A stretch of 64,000 bases of DNA from a virus. The stretch lies in IMG/VR virus record IMGVR_UViG_3300032287_001394. One strand, written 5' to 3'. Under the pieces are notes generated by a model. The model was given only the letters and a program-made list of their open reading frames with translations. It was not told the DNA's origin and ran no database searches. The position numbers and the translations under genes are program-made. Below, in pieces: positions 9,740 to 17,307 of this stretch; position 1 is the stretch's first letter, and each line of letters opens with the position of its first letter.

Positions 9740-10174
9740 ATGTCTATAGCAATGGTGTACTATGATTGGACACCAGATGCAATGTTAGAAGTTGACTTGA
9801 TTGAACCAGATAACTTCCTAAAAGTCAGAGAAACTCTAACTCGCATCGGCATCGCTTCACGAAAAGATAAGAAGCTATTCCAGTCATGTCATATTTTACA
9901 CAAACAAGGTAAGTACTTCATAGTACACTTTAAAGAATTGTTTGCCCTTGATGGCAAGGAATCTGATATCTCTATGTCCGATATTGAGCGCCGCAATGTT
10001 ATTGCCGAACTCCTTCAAGACTGGGGTTTACTGAAGATCCTTGATAAATCAAAGGCAGAACCAAAGGCTTCTCTATCTCAGATTAAGGTTGTATCATATA
10101 AAGAAAAATCTGAGTGGGAACTAGTGCCGAAATATAATATCGGTGGGATTAAACGTAACATAATTAAGGAGTAA
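9740..10174 (+). CDS. regA: Translational repressor RegA
   Basis: FLKVRETLTRIGIAS, QSCHILHKQG.YFIVHFKELF. Confidence 0.97.
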   Translation: MSIAMVYYDWTPDAMLEVDLIEPDNFLKVRETLTRIGIASRKDKKLFQSCHILHKQGKYFIVHFKELFALDGKESDISMSDIERRNVIAELLQDWGLLKILDKSKAEPKASLSQIKVVSYKEKSEWELVPKYNIGGIKRNIIKE

Positions 10175-10372
10175 ATGATGGCATTAAAATTAGAATTAGA
10201 ACTACAAGAAGTTAATATGGTGTTAAATTCTTTAAGCAAACACCCGTTCGACGAAGTGGTAAATCTTATCGCTAAGCTTAGATCACAGGCTTCAACTCAA
10301 CTAGCTGAACAGTCTAAGGCAGAAGCACCAGCGGAAGCAGAAGCACCAGCAGAAGCACCAGCTGCAGAATAG
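10175..10372 (+). CDS. Small hypothetical protein with Ala/Glu/Pro-repeat tail
   Basis: AAGGAG SD; AEAPAE repeats. Confidence 0.7.
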   Translation: MMALKLELELQEVNMVLNSLSKHPFDEVVNLIAKLRSQASTQLAEQSKAEAPAEAEAPAEAPAAE

Positions 10373-10439
10373 TCCCTGTACTAGTAAGTTTTAATACTTT
10401 TAACTAGTAGCTTTTGGGCAGCTGGCGCATAAGTACTTA

Positions 10440-10468
10440 TGTACATTAAATCAAAATCATGGTATAAT
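10440..10468 (+). promoter_or_regulatory. Early-type promoter for pqqA
   Basis: TGTACA-N17-TATAAT; overlapped by palindrome CATAAGTACTTATG (10428-10441). Confidence 0.85.
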
Positions 10469-10592
10469 GTATTTGTATGATTGAAAAATTATACATAGTT
10501 GTATAGGCCTCAAGGTAGACCTTTATCTTTAATGATATCTCTACTGACATGAGTTTATAAACGCAATATTTTATAAACAAAGGAGAACTACT

Positions 10593-10664
10593 ATGTGGAC
10601 AAAACCAGCTGCTACTGAAATGCGCTTCGGTTTCGAAGTTACAATGTACGTAATGAATAAGTAA
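10593..10664 (+). CDS. pqqA: PQQ precursor peptide PqqA ([23 protein letters not shown]), not in ORF track
   Basis: 23 aa with W-x-K-P start and the invariant E-x-x-x-Y (EVTMY); AAGGAG SD; own promoter and terminator. Confidence 0.95.
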   Translation: MWTKPAATEMRFGFEVTMYVMNK

Positions 10665-10680
10665 TTATTCAGGTGCATTA

Positions 10681-10705
10681 AAAGGGGCCTCAGGGTCCCT
10701 TTTTT
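10681..10705 (+). terminator. Rho-independent terminator after pqqA
   Basis: AAAGGGGCC-TCA-GGGTCCCTTTTTT. Confidence 0.8.
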
Positions 10706-10720
10706 ATTTGTTGGGGCCTA

Positions 10721-10749
10721 TGTACATTAATTAATTGTTGTGGTATAAT
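10721..10749 (+). promoter_or_regulatory. Early-type promoter for bS21 cluster
   Basis: TGTACA-N17-TATAAT. Confidence 0.85.
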
Positions 10750-10780
10750 GGGTATATAGTAGTATCAAAGGAGATTCAAA

Positions 10781-11041
10781 ATAGCTATACAAAATAAAAA
10801 GTTTAAACCAAAACAGACTGACTCTAAGCAAGGTCTATTCGTAGACGTGCAAGAAGGTCAATTTGAAAAAGCATTCCGTAAGTTCAGAAACAAAGTAGAG
10901 GATTCTGGCTTATTGATTGAATTAAGAGAACGCATGGAATATGAAAAGCCATGCACTGCTCGTAAGAAGGCTAAGAGCCAAGCTAAGAAACGATGGCTCA
11001 AAAAAGTAGCATCAACACAACCACCAAAAAAACTATATTAG
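10781..11041 (+). CDS. rpsU: Ribosomal protein bS21 homologue (probable ATA start at 10781; ORF track starts at GTG 10847)
   Basis: VDV..GQFEKAFRKF...GLLIELRER..YEKP...RK; AAGGAG 7 nt before in-frame ATA. Confidence 0.88.
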   Translation: MAIQNKKFKPKQTDSKQGLFVDVQEGQFEKAFRKFRNKVEDSGLLIELRERMEYEKPCTARKKAKSQAKKRWLKKVASTQPPKKLY

Positions 11042-11050
11042 GAGAAGATT

Positions 11051-11116
11051 ATGGGTAACCGTGATAAGAAAAAAGAGTCGAAAGGCCGTCCAAAAAAAGA
11101 TAAGTTGCCAAAATAA
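11051..11116 (+). CDS. 21-aa basic micropeptide MGNRDKKKESKGRPKKDKLPK
   Basis: AGGAG SD; stop overlaps next ATG (TAATG). Confidence 0.6.
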   Translation: MGNRDKKKESKGRPKKDKLPK

Positions 11117-11316
11117 TGGCAGCAAAGAACGATATTACTGGAGACAGTATCTTATCTAAGTCAAGCTCAAAGGCTTTTGATAAAGGGTTTGATGGCATCG
11201 ATTGGTCAGTTAAGCTTGACACTCCTAAAGACGGTGATCAAAGACTTAACAATGAAGGTAAACTTGAACGTTATTATGGAGGAGAATGGTGTGCAACACA
11301 TCAAAAAGAAGGCTGA
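11116..11316 (+). CDS. Small hypothetical protein (KNDITGD type seen in T4-like phages)
   Basis: Translationally coupled ORF. Confidence 0.7.
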   Translation: MAAKNDITGDSILSKSSSKAFDKGFDGIDWSVKLDTPKDGDQRLNNEGKLERYYGGEWCATHQKEG

Positions 11317-11527
11317 TTTACCAAGAATAGATATAGCTGCAGTACTCACAGCTCATGAAAAGACGCGTGAAGGTAATCGTTATACTATGATTATCGAAGC
11401 TGCTTATAGAGCAAGAGACATCGAAAAGAGACGAGATTTCCTAGACCGTAAATCTGAGAAGCTGCATTATTACGGTTATAAGCCAATCAATCAAGCATTA
11501 CAAGATATCATAGATGACGCAGCCTAA
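11291..11527 (+). CDS. RNA polymerase omega subunit (RpoZ)-like protein
   Basis: GNRYTMIIEAAYRARDI and KPINQALQDI resemble the RpoZ NRF-LV--AA-RA and K----AL-EI blocks; GGAGGAG before GTG 11291. Confidence 0.65.
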   Translation: MQHIKKKADLPRIDIAAVLTAHEKTREGNRYTMIIEAAYRARDIEKRRDFLDRKSEKLHYYGYKPINQALQDIIDDAA

Positions 11528-11623
11528 GTATACTCAAAGAGAATGGGATAGGATAGTGGGTATCGGCAGCCCTCCACCACCATTAACTCGTATGCAAAAA
11601 TTTAAAAAAGTAATCCGTAGGAT

Positions 11624-11708
11624 TATAAATAAGATTAGATAGGTCACTATCTAGCCTGCAGCCTTCGGGGGCAGGATTTTGTTAAACTCGCTTAATTAAG
11701 GAGAAAAA
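11624..11708 (+). promoter_or_regulatory. Late promoter TATAAATA plus three-hairpin 5' UTR with ROSE-like SD-sequestering hairpin
   Basis: AGATAG/CTATCT hairpin, CCTGC..UUCG..GCAGG hairpin, CTCGCTT-AATT-AAGGAG with bulged G. Confidence 0.65.
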
Positions 11709-12188
11709 ATGCGAACAACAAACGTTTCATTTGGCCCTATTTGGCCATCATCAGTTGGTTTTGACAACATCATCAATGAGCTAGACGCTTTAATGCATGC
11801 TCAAACACCAACATCAACATTCCCGCCTCACAACATTATTAAAGTAGACGATTATAACTACATCGTAGAATTGGCAATCGCTGGCTTTAATAAACAAGAG
11901 GTAACTATCACCCTTAAAGATTCAGTGCTTGAGATCAAAGGACAAAAAAATCCTGAAGAAGAAGTACAGTATCTACATAAGGGTATTGGTACAAGATCAT
12001 TCGTTAAATCCATCAAGCTTGCTGATACTGTAGAAGTTGTTGGATCAGCTGAGTTTCAAAATGGTGTGTTACGTATAGCTCTTTGTAATGTTATTCCTGA
12101 TTCTAAGAAACCTCGTAATATAGAGATCATAGATGATTTGGTAGTGGTTAAAAAACAAAAAGAGTTATTAGTAGAAAACGATAGTTAA
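11709..12188 (+). CDS. Small heat shock protein (Hsp20/IbpA family)
   Basis: FPPHNI, ELAIAGF, YLHKGIGTRSF, NGVL. Confidence 0.95.
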   Translation: MRTTNVSFGPIWPSSVGFDNIINELDALMHAQTPTSTFPPHNIIKVDDYNYIVELAIAGFNKQEVTITLKDSVLEIKGQKNPEEEVQYLHKGIGTRSFVKSIKLADTVEVVGSAEFQNGVLRIALCNVIPDSKKPRNIEIIDDLVVVKKQKELLVENDS

Positions 12189-12194
12189 AGGGTA

Positions 12195-12213
12195 GGGGAG
12201 AGCAATCTCCCCT
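12195..12213 (+). terminator. Hairpin GGGGAGA-GCAA-TCTCCCC
   Basis: GC stem with GCAA tetraloop; weak U-tract. Confidence 0.55.
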
Positions 12214-12222
12214 CATAAATAT

Positions 12223-12444
12223 ATGATGAAGGATAAATTGACAAAAGATTTAGTATCTTATCCGTTTCTACGGAGAGGAAACTATCAACTGAAGGTTTCA
12301 GTACTTAAAAACATGAGTGTCGTAGTCGTAGGTAATCATCTTATGGACATTGATAAATTTTTTGTGAAACACTTTGGTAATTTAGAGCAAGCAGCAGATT
12401 TTATTGAATTTACATTATTAAAGGATGAGTATGGCGGACACTAA
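12223..12444 (+). CDS. Hypothetical protein
   Basis: ORF in operon. Confidence 0.6.
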   Translation: MMKDKLTKDLVSYPFLRRGNYQLKVSVLKNMSVVVVGNHLMDIDKFFVKHFGNLEQAADFIEFTLLKDEYGGH

Positions 12445-12742
12445 ACTATTATTAATCAAACTAACAAGCAGCGAAGAGATCCTTTGTACACAGATCTCAT
12501 CAGGCGAAGGCGCTATGGTTATTAAAGACGCAGTCTTATTAATCTATAGACAAGCAAAAGAAGGAGCAATGTCAGTTGGCTTTGCACCATTCATGCCTTA
12601 TGCTGACGGTACAATATCATTAAATCACACAGCGATTGCTGCAAATGGTTACCCAAAACAAGACTTAGCAGACGAATACAATAGGATCTTTGGTTCTGGT
12701 ATCGTTATTGCTGGTGCAAACGACGCAGCATTTAAAGCGTAA
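12425..12742 (+). CDS. Conserved T4-like hypothetical protein (Sm-like)
   Basis: IKL.S.EE, FAPFMPYA, Y.RIFGSGIV pattern typical near hsp20. Confidence 0.7.
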   Translation: MSMADTKLLLIKLTSSEEILCTQISSGEGAMVIKDAVLLIYRQAKEGAMSVGFAPFMPYADGTISLNHTAIAANGYPKQDLADEYNRIFGSGIVIAGANDAAFKA

Positions 12743-12746
12743 TAAT

Positions 12747-12775
12747 TGTACTTTTAATCCCATACGGGATATAAT
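12747..12775 (+). promoter_or_regulatory. Early-type promoter of the putative DNA-modification operon
   Basis: TGTACT-N17-TATAAT, 6 nt before ATG (possibly leaderless). Confidence 0.8.
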
Positions 12776-12781
12776 TATATT

Positions 12782-13186
12782 ATGAAATCAGTTCCAGACT
12801 TCATTGAAGGTCATAAGACTTCCAATGATATATTGATCTTAGGCCAATGTCCCTCCTCTAAAACTAAACCGTTTAAGAATGGGACATTTGCACGTCTAAG
12901 TAAATGGTTAGAAGTCGTAGATGTACATGCATTTGCATTTCACAACGTGATACCAGATAAGATCAACAGTTATGATATAAAAGATGTGCAATATAAAAAG
13001 CTGTATACTGTAACATATGGTAGAAAGAAGATCATAGCGTTAGGTGGGTTTGTAGAACGGGTATGTAAGAAGTACAACATACCACACTATAAGATAGATC
13101 ACCCATCTCCACGCAATAGAAATTTAAATGATCCTAAATATGAAGAACAGATGCTAATTAAATTAAGAGATTATTTGAATGATTGA
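12782..13186 (+). CDS. Uracil-DNA glycosylase-superfamily-like protein
   Basis: ILGQCPS, IIALG and HPSPRN motifs. Confidence 0.65.
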   Translation: MKSVPDFIEGHKTSNDILILGQCPSSKTKPFKNGTFARLSKWLEVVDVHAFAFHNVIPDKINSYDIKDVQYKKLYTVTYGRKKIIALGGFVERVCKKYNIPHYKIDHPSPRNRNLNDPKYEEQMLIKLRDYLND

Positions 13187-14345
13187 AACAACGCAATACT
13201 ATGATGAGTATATAAGATACTTTAATCTTGCAAAGGATCAGCAAGAGAAGTGTAATGTATCTCTTAATCCTCCTTATGGTATGACCCCGCATGCAGAATC
13301 AGACATGAACGATGATCTACTACATCATGTTGAACTATACGATGTGGTCGAACGTAAGTATGCAGGATTTTCTCAGATAGTTAATGATTGCTTTTACGGT
13401 TGGACAGAACAACATCCTTATTGGAAAAAGATGGAAGCTGGTAAGATCACCCATCAACGTGATACGGTAGCTAAGAATTGGACAGGCAAGCATGCAGACT
13501 TTAAACTGCCCGAATGGTTGTACATCTTCATCCTACATCGTGTATGTGGTTCTGCGATCAACTATTCTACAAAACCTAGTGGGTACCATAATACCCTACT
13601 ATTCTCGTTACATAACTGTAAGACCATTGAAGACATGATCGAGATGGTGAATAACTATCCATACTCGTTCTATACTTCTGTAGGTTATCAGTTCCCAGCA
13701 TTTCCAAAACCACCAACAGAATCCAAGTATAAACGAGGTGGAGACTATTACCTATCAGAGTATGCACCTCGATTAGCAAGAGAACTTGCAGAATATTTAG
13801 AATCTGGTGGTGAACGATCATTAAGAGAGATTGGCTCATTCATGTTAGATTGGAATGTTAAGAATAACCTAAGACAGTACCACTTCCAATATGCAGCAGT
13901 AGTTGCAGATATTGCAGATTGGTATCCGAAGTATGTAGATAAATCATCACCATTTTACTATGGTACAAATGCAGTAGAGTGTATCTCTTATCTTGCTAAA
14001 CCATCAACTAAGATGAAGCAAGAAGAATTCTTAGATAAGGTTATGGAGAGAATCTATATGGAGACAGGTGCATATCCTTACAATGCTGAAGATGTATGTT
14101 GTGACTTCATACGATGGGTAGAAAATTATGTTCGACCCGGTGCAGATTATAATCATCTTGACTTTGATTCAGTATGGTCATCATGTCGTATTAAAGATCA
14201 TCCATTTGGTAGACAAGAAGCTATGCTCAAACTTGGTCTCATAGATACATTTAATAACATGACAGCTCATCCATCAGATGACACTATCATTAAAGCAAAT
14301 AACATGACAGTAGAACAGTATAAGGAATTATGCAAAACACTCTAG
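13179..14345 (+). CDS. Putative amino acid:DNA transferase (aGPT-Pplase-like), paralogue 1
   Basis: FQYAAVVADI, YGTNA, AEDVCCDFIRW resemble the F..y....D / GpGa / E..LCE..KY blocks of the family; adjacent PLP enzyme. Confidence 0.55.
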   Translation: MIETTQYYDEYIRYFNLAKDQQEKCNVSLNPPYGMTPHAESDMNDDLLHHVELYDVVERKYAGFSQIVNDCFYGWTEQHPYWKKMEAGKITHQRDTVAKNWTGKHADFKLPEWLYIFILHRVCGSAINYSTKPSGYHNTLLFSLHNCKTIEDMIEMVNNYPYSFYTSVGYQFPAFPKPPTESKYKRGGDYYLSEYAPRLARELAEYLESGGERSLREIGSFMLDWNVKNNLRQYHFQYAAVVADIADWYPKYVDKSSPFYYGTNAVECISYLAKPSTKMKQEEFLDKVMERIYMETGAYPYNAEDVCCDFIRWVENYVRPGADYNHLDFDSVWSSCRIKDHPFGRQEAMLKLGLIDTFNNMTAHPSDDTIIKANNMTVEQYKELCKTL

Positions 14346-15316
14346 CTCGATTCATTGAAAATGTAGAATACAGAAACATTACCTATAAAGGTACAAGTCC
14401 TGTAGTATTAAAAGATGGTAAGCCTACAGAATCTTGGATGAAGGATTGGCCACTCGAAAAAAGATTAGATAAGTTCTTTGAGTTCTGTCAAGAGTTTGAT
14501 CTTAGACGAGATCAATTACTTGCTGAAGACTATCAGATATTCTCACACCGACTCCATTGGCATGAGCATCCGTTCTGTGATATCATGAAGAAGGTCACAG
14601 ATCCTAAGTTAAGATTGTGGTACACACTTACCTTTTCATTTAGTAACGAACACTGGGGAACCCTAACACGGTTGATGTATCAAGGTCCAGAAAACTTGCG
14701 CGAACACTTTAAAGAGAATAGACATGCACGTAATGATCTATTCCAAATCTATTACCCTAAGAACACGTTAGTTAAGGATTGGTTGATAGATGGTCCTAAG
14801 AAAGCTGCTGAGGAAATGTGGGAGTTTCTAGAAAAACACAGACATAGATTAGAACGACCATACACTATGATGGAGTATGCTAAACTATTAGAGAAGTATT
14901 TCAAAGAGAAACAAAACTTTAGGAGTCCATTATACCCATGCAAGAATACTGCACGATACATGGCTATGGCATATCCAGACATCGTAGATCCTGAGTCAGT
15001 ACTGTTTGGTGGTACAGGGCACTTTGATGGTATGCATCAAATATTTGGTGTTAACTTAAACGGTAAAGTACAGTATGAGATCGATCCTAACGGTCAGTTC
15101 ATACCGCGTAATAAGAACGGTGAATTATGGTTGGCACAGATGCATCAGTTAAGAGATGATGTACGTAATCCAATGTTATCGCAAAAGATGTTGAACATTG
15201 AAGATAAGACATGCTTCTTCTATAAACACATAGCTATTAGTCATGGTGTTAAATCACCTACTAAGCGTATCCCTTATTCGTGGATATTCCCTGAAACTTT
15301 TAGCTTAAGGAAATAA
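14330..15316 (+). CDS. Putative amino acid:DNA transferase-like protein, paralogue 2
   Basis: YPDIVDPES..GGTG and IEDKTCFFYKH align with YPKYVDKSS..YGTN and AEDVCCDFIRW of paralogue 1. Confidence 0.5.
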   Translation: MQNTLARFIENVEYRNITYKGTSPVVLKDGKPTESWMKDWPLEKRLDKFFEFCQEFDLRRDQLLAEDYQIFSHRLHWHEHPFCDIMKKVTDPKLRLWYTLTFSFSNEHWGTLTRLMYQGPENLREHFKENRHARNDLFQIYYPKNTLVKDWLIDGPKKAAEEMWEFLEKHRHRLERPYTMMEYAKLLEKYFKEKQNFRSPLYPCKNTARYMAMAYPDIVDPESVLFGGTGHFDGMHQIFGVNLNGKVQYEIDPNGQFIPRNKNGELWLAQMHQLRDDVRNPMLSQKMLNIEDKTCFFYKHIAISHGVKSPTKRIPYSWIFPETFSLRK

Positions 15317-16215
15317 TGAGAACATTCGTTGAAGGTGTAAACAAAGAAGTAGGCATGATGACATGGCCAGAAGCCAAAGATTATTACTTATCTTTGTGTG
15401 AAGGATGGACACCGTATAACCCAGATCCAGTTGTCATCGAGCATGAAGGTGTACGAGTGGTTCGAGATGATCTTATCGTTGGCACAAAGACAAGAGCCGG
15501 CGATTTGCTTGCAGCCAAGATCCCAAACGATACGCTAGTTTATGTACAACCAAGAGTAGGACTTGCTGGTGTATCTCTATGTGATGTAGCAAAGATACAT
15601 GGTAAAAAGATCGTATTGTTTATGCCATCATCTAAACAGATCTCACATCATCAAGCATGTTGTATAGAGCGTGGAGCTGAAGTACACTTTGAACGGATAG
15701 CAGCGATGCCTAACTTAAACTTATATGCTAAGAAGTATGCAGAAGAGAATGGTTATGCATTCATCCCTCTTGGATTAAAGCATGAGTTAGCAACAGCTGG
15801 TATTGTGTATGCTGCATCACGCATCCCCGAACCAGATGAGGTGTATGTAGCTATAAGTACTGGTGTACTATCGCGTGCATTACAGATAGCATGGCCAAAT
15901 GCAAAGTTTCATTCGGTTGCAGTAGCACGTAACTTACAAGAAGGTGAATTAGGTAGAGCAGAGTTCATATCAGAACCGCTTGAGTTTGCAACACCAGAAA
16001 AGCTTGAGAACTTGCCACCGTTCCCAACAGTACGTTCATACGATGCTAAAGTTTGGAAATATATACCTAAGAACACAGGAAGAAACATCCTCATGTGGAA
16101 TGTAGGCACAGACCCAGTATTAAACGATTATAGTATTATTGATAAAACAGATTCATATCGCAAATGGAAAAAAGATGAAAGTATTACTCACACAGCCACT
16201 CTCGCCGGTTTCTAA
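15316..16215 (+). CDS. PLP-dependent enzyme (fold type II, TrpB-like)
   Basis: RDDLIVGTK with candidate Schiff-base Lys, VAISTGVL loop. Confidence 0.75.
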   Translation: MRTFVEGVNKEVGMMTWPEAKDYYLSLCEGWTPYNPDPVVIEHEGVRVVRDDLIVGTKTRAGDLLAAKIPNDTLVYVQPRVGLAGVSLCDVAKIHGKKIVLFMPSSKQISHHQACCIERGAEVHFERIAAMPNLNLYAKKYAEENGYAFIPLGLKHELATAGIVYAASRIPEPDEVYVAISTGVLSRALQIAWPNAKFHSVAVARNLQEGELGRAEFISEPLEFATPEKLENLPPFPTVRSYDAKVWKYIPKNTGRNILMWNVGTDPVLNDYSIIDKTDSYRKWKKDESITHTATLAGF

Positions 16216-17218
16216 TAAGATCCACTCACACAAAGCCTCACAAGGCATTATCTATGCAGACCAATTAAGGAACGCTGGATATGATGTGACGGTGCACATG
16301 ACCGGTAAACAACTATACGATTATAATGAATATGATATAGTTGCTCTCTATCATGGTAACGACTGGGGTGGATCACTCAACCTATTCGGTGGATTAGAGA
16401 ACTATGCAAATATCGAATACATCATAGCACTATCAAACTTTAATGGTGAAGTATGGTCACTCGCTATAGACATGCCAGATTATCATAGTATGTTATATCC
16501 TCGTGTAGACAAAGCACGTAAGGAAGGTAAGAAGTTAAATCGCGATTGGTTACAAATTAATTGGGGTAACCTTGAACTAATACAAAAACAAGCTAAGACG
16601 CTTGATCCCAACCTCGCTAAGAAGTATCCTAAGATTGCTATAGGCGATTCACATGCCATTTGTATGTATCGCCCAGGATGGATGAACGTATCTACACCAT
16701 TTAAGACATTACATGGCGCATTAAAGATGGGGTTCGAGTCATTCATACCTGTCGGAGAATACAACGCGATCGAGACATACTTCGGTAACATCGATGTACG
16801 TCATCATCTCATGAGATTTCCTGAAGAACATACACTAGACCTCGCTAAGAGGTATGTAGAAGAGTGTGTAAGGATTAGCACGGTATATGGAGCACACGTT
16901 ACGATATGGGAACTATTACCTATTGAGAATGAATCACGTGTATTACCAAAGACGGGTTATTATAAAGGACTTCCATTCTATGGTACATGGGATGAACGTG
17001 AAGGTCGTCGTAAACTATTCAACCAATACATCAAAGACCATCATGAGGTATATGAATGGACTTCAGGTCTATTGAACTCTAAGGGCGAACTAGACTTTGA
17101 ATACATGGAGAAACCAAAGTCTGTCCACTTGTCCCGGGCGTCATACCCCTATTGGACTGGAGCTGATTGGAATGCTCCCAAGCCAATCCCCGGCGGACTA
17201 GAATCATTCTTTTCATAA
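16175..17218 (+). CDS. Fusion of T4 beta-glucosyltransferase-like N-terminal domain and SGNH/GDSL-like domain
   Basis: DYNEYD...LNLFGG resembles BGT DVNDYD...INFFGG (recalled); IGDSH, GNID, SVHL SGNH-like blocks. Confidence 0.5.
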   Translation: MKVLLTQPLSPVSNKIHSHKASQGIIYADQLRNAGYDVTVHMTGKQLYDYNEYDIVALYHGNDWGGSLNLFGGLENYANIEYIIALSNFNGEVWSLAIDMPDYHSMLYPRVDKARKEGKKLNRDWLQINWGNLELIQKQAKTLDPNLAKKYPKIAIGDSHAICMYRPGWMNVSTPFKTLHGALKMGFESFIPVGEYNAIETYFGNIDVRHHLMRFPEEHTLDLAKRYVEECVRISTVYGAHVTIWELLPIENESRVLPKTGYYKGLPFYGTWDEREGRRKLFNQYIKDHHEVYEWTSGLLNSKGELDFEYMEKPKSVHLSRASYPYWTGADWNAPKPIPGGLESFFS

Positions 17219-17246
17219 GTTATTGATTTATATAGCTATTTAACTA

Positions 17247-17275
17247 TGTACATTAAATAGCTTATTTGGTATAAT
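17247..17275 (+). promoter_or_regulatory. Early-type promoter with inverted IHF-like box at 17216-17230
   Basis: TGTACA-N17-TATAAT. Confidence 0.85.
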
Positions 17276-17307
17276 GGTTATATAAATTGATAACGGAGAG
17301 ATTAATT

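Noticed and set aside
11177-11290. Long N-terminal extension of the omega-like ORF
   Set aside because: Overlaps the upstream gene in another frame; SD supports a start near 11291
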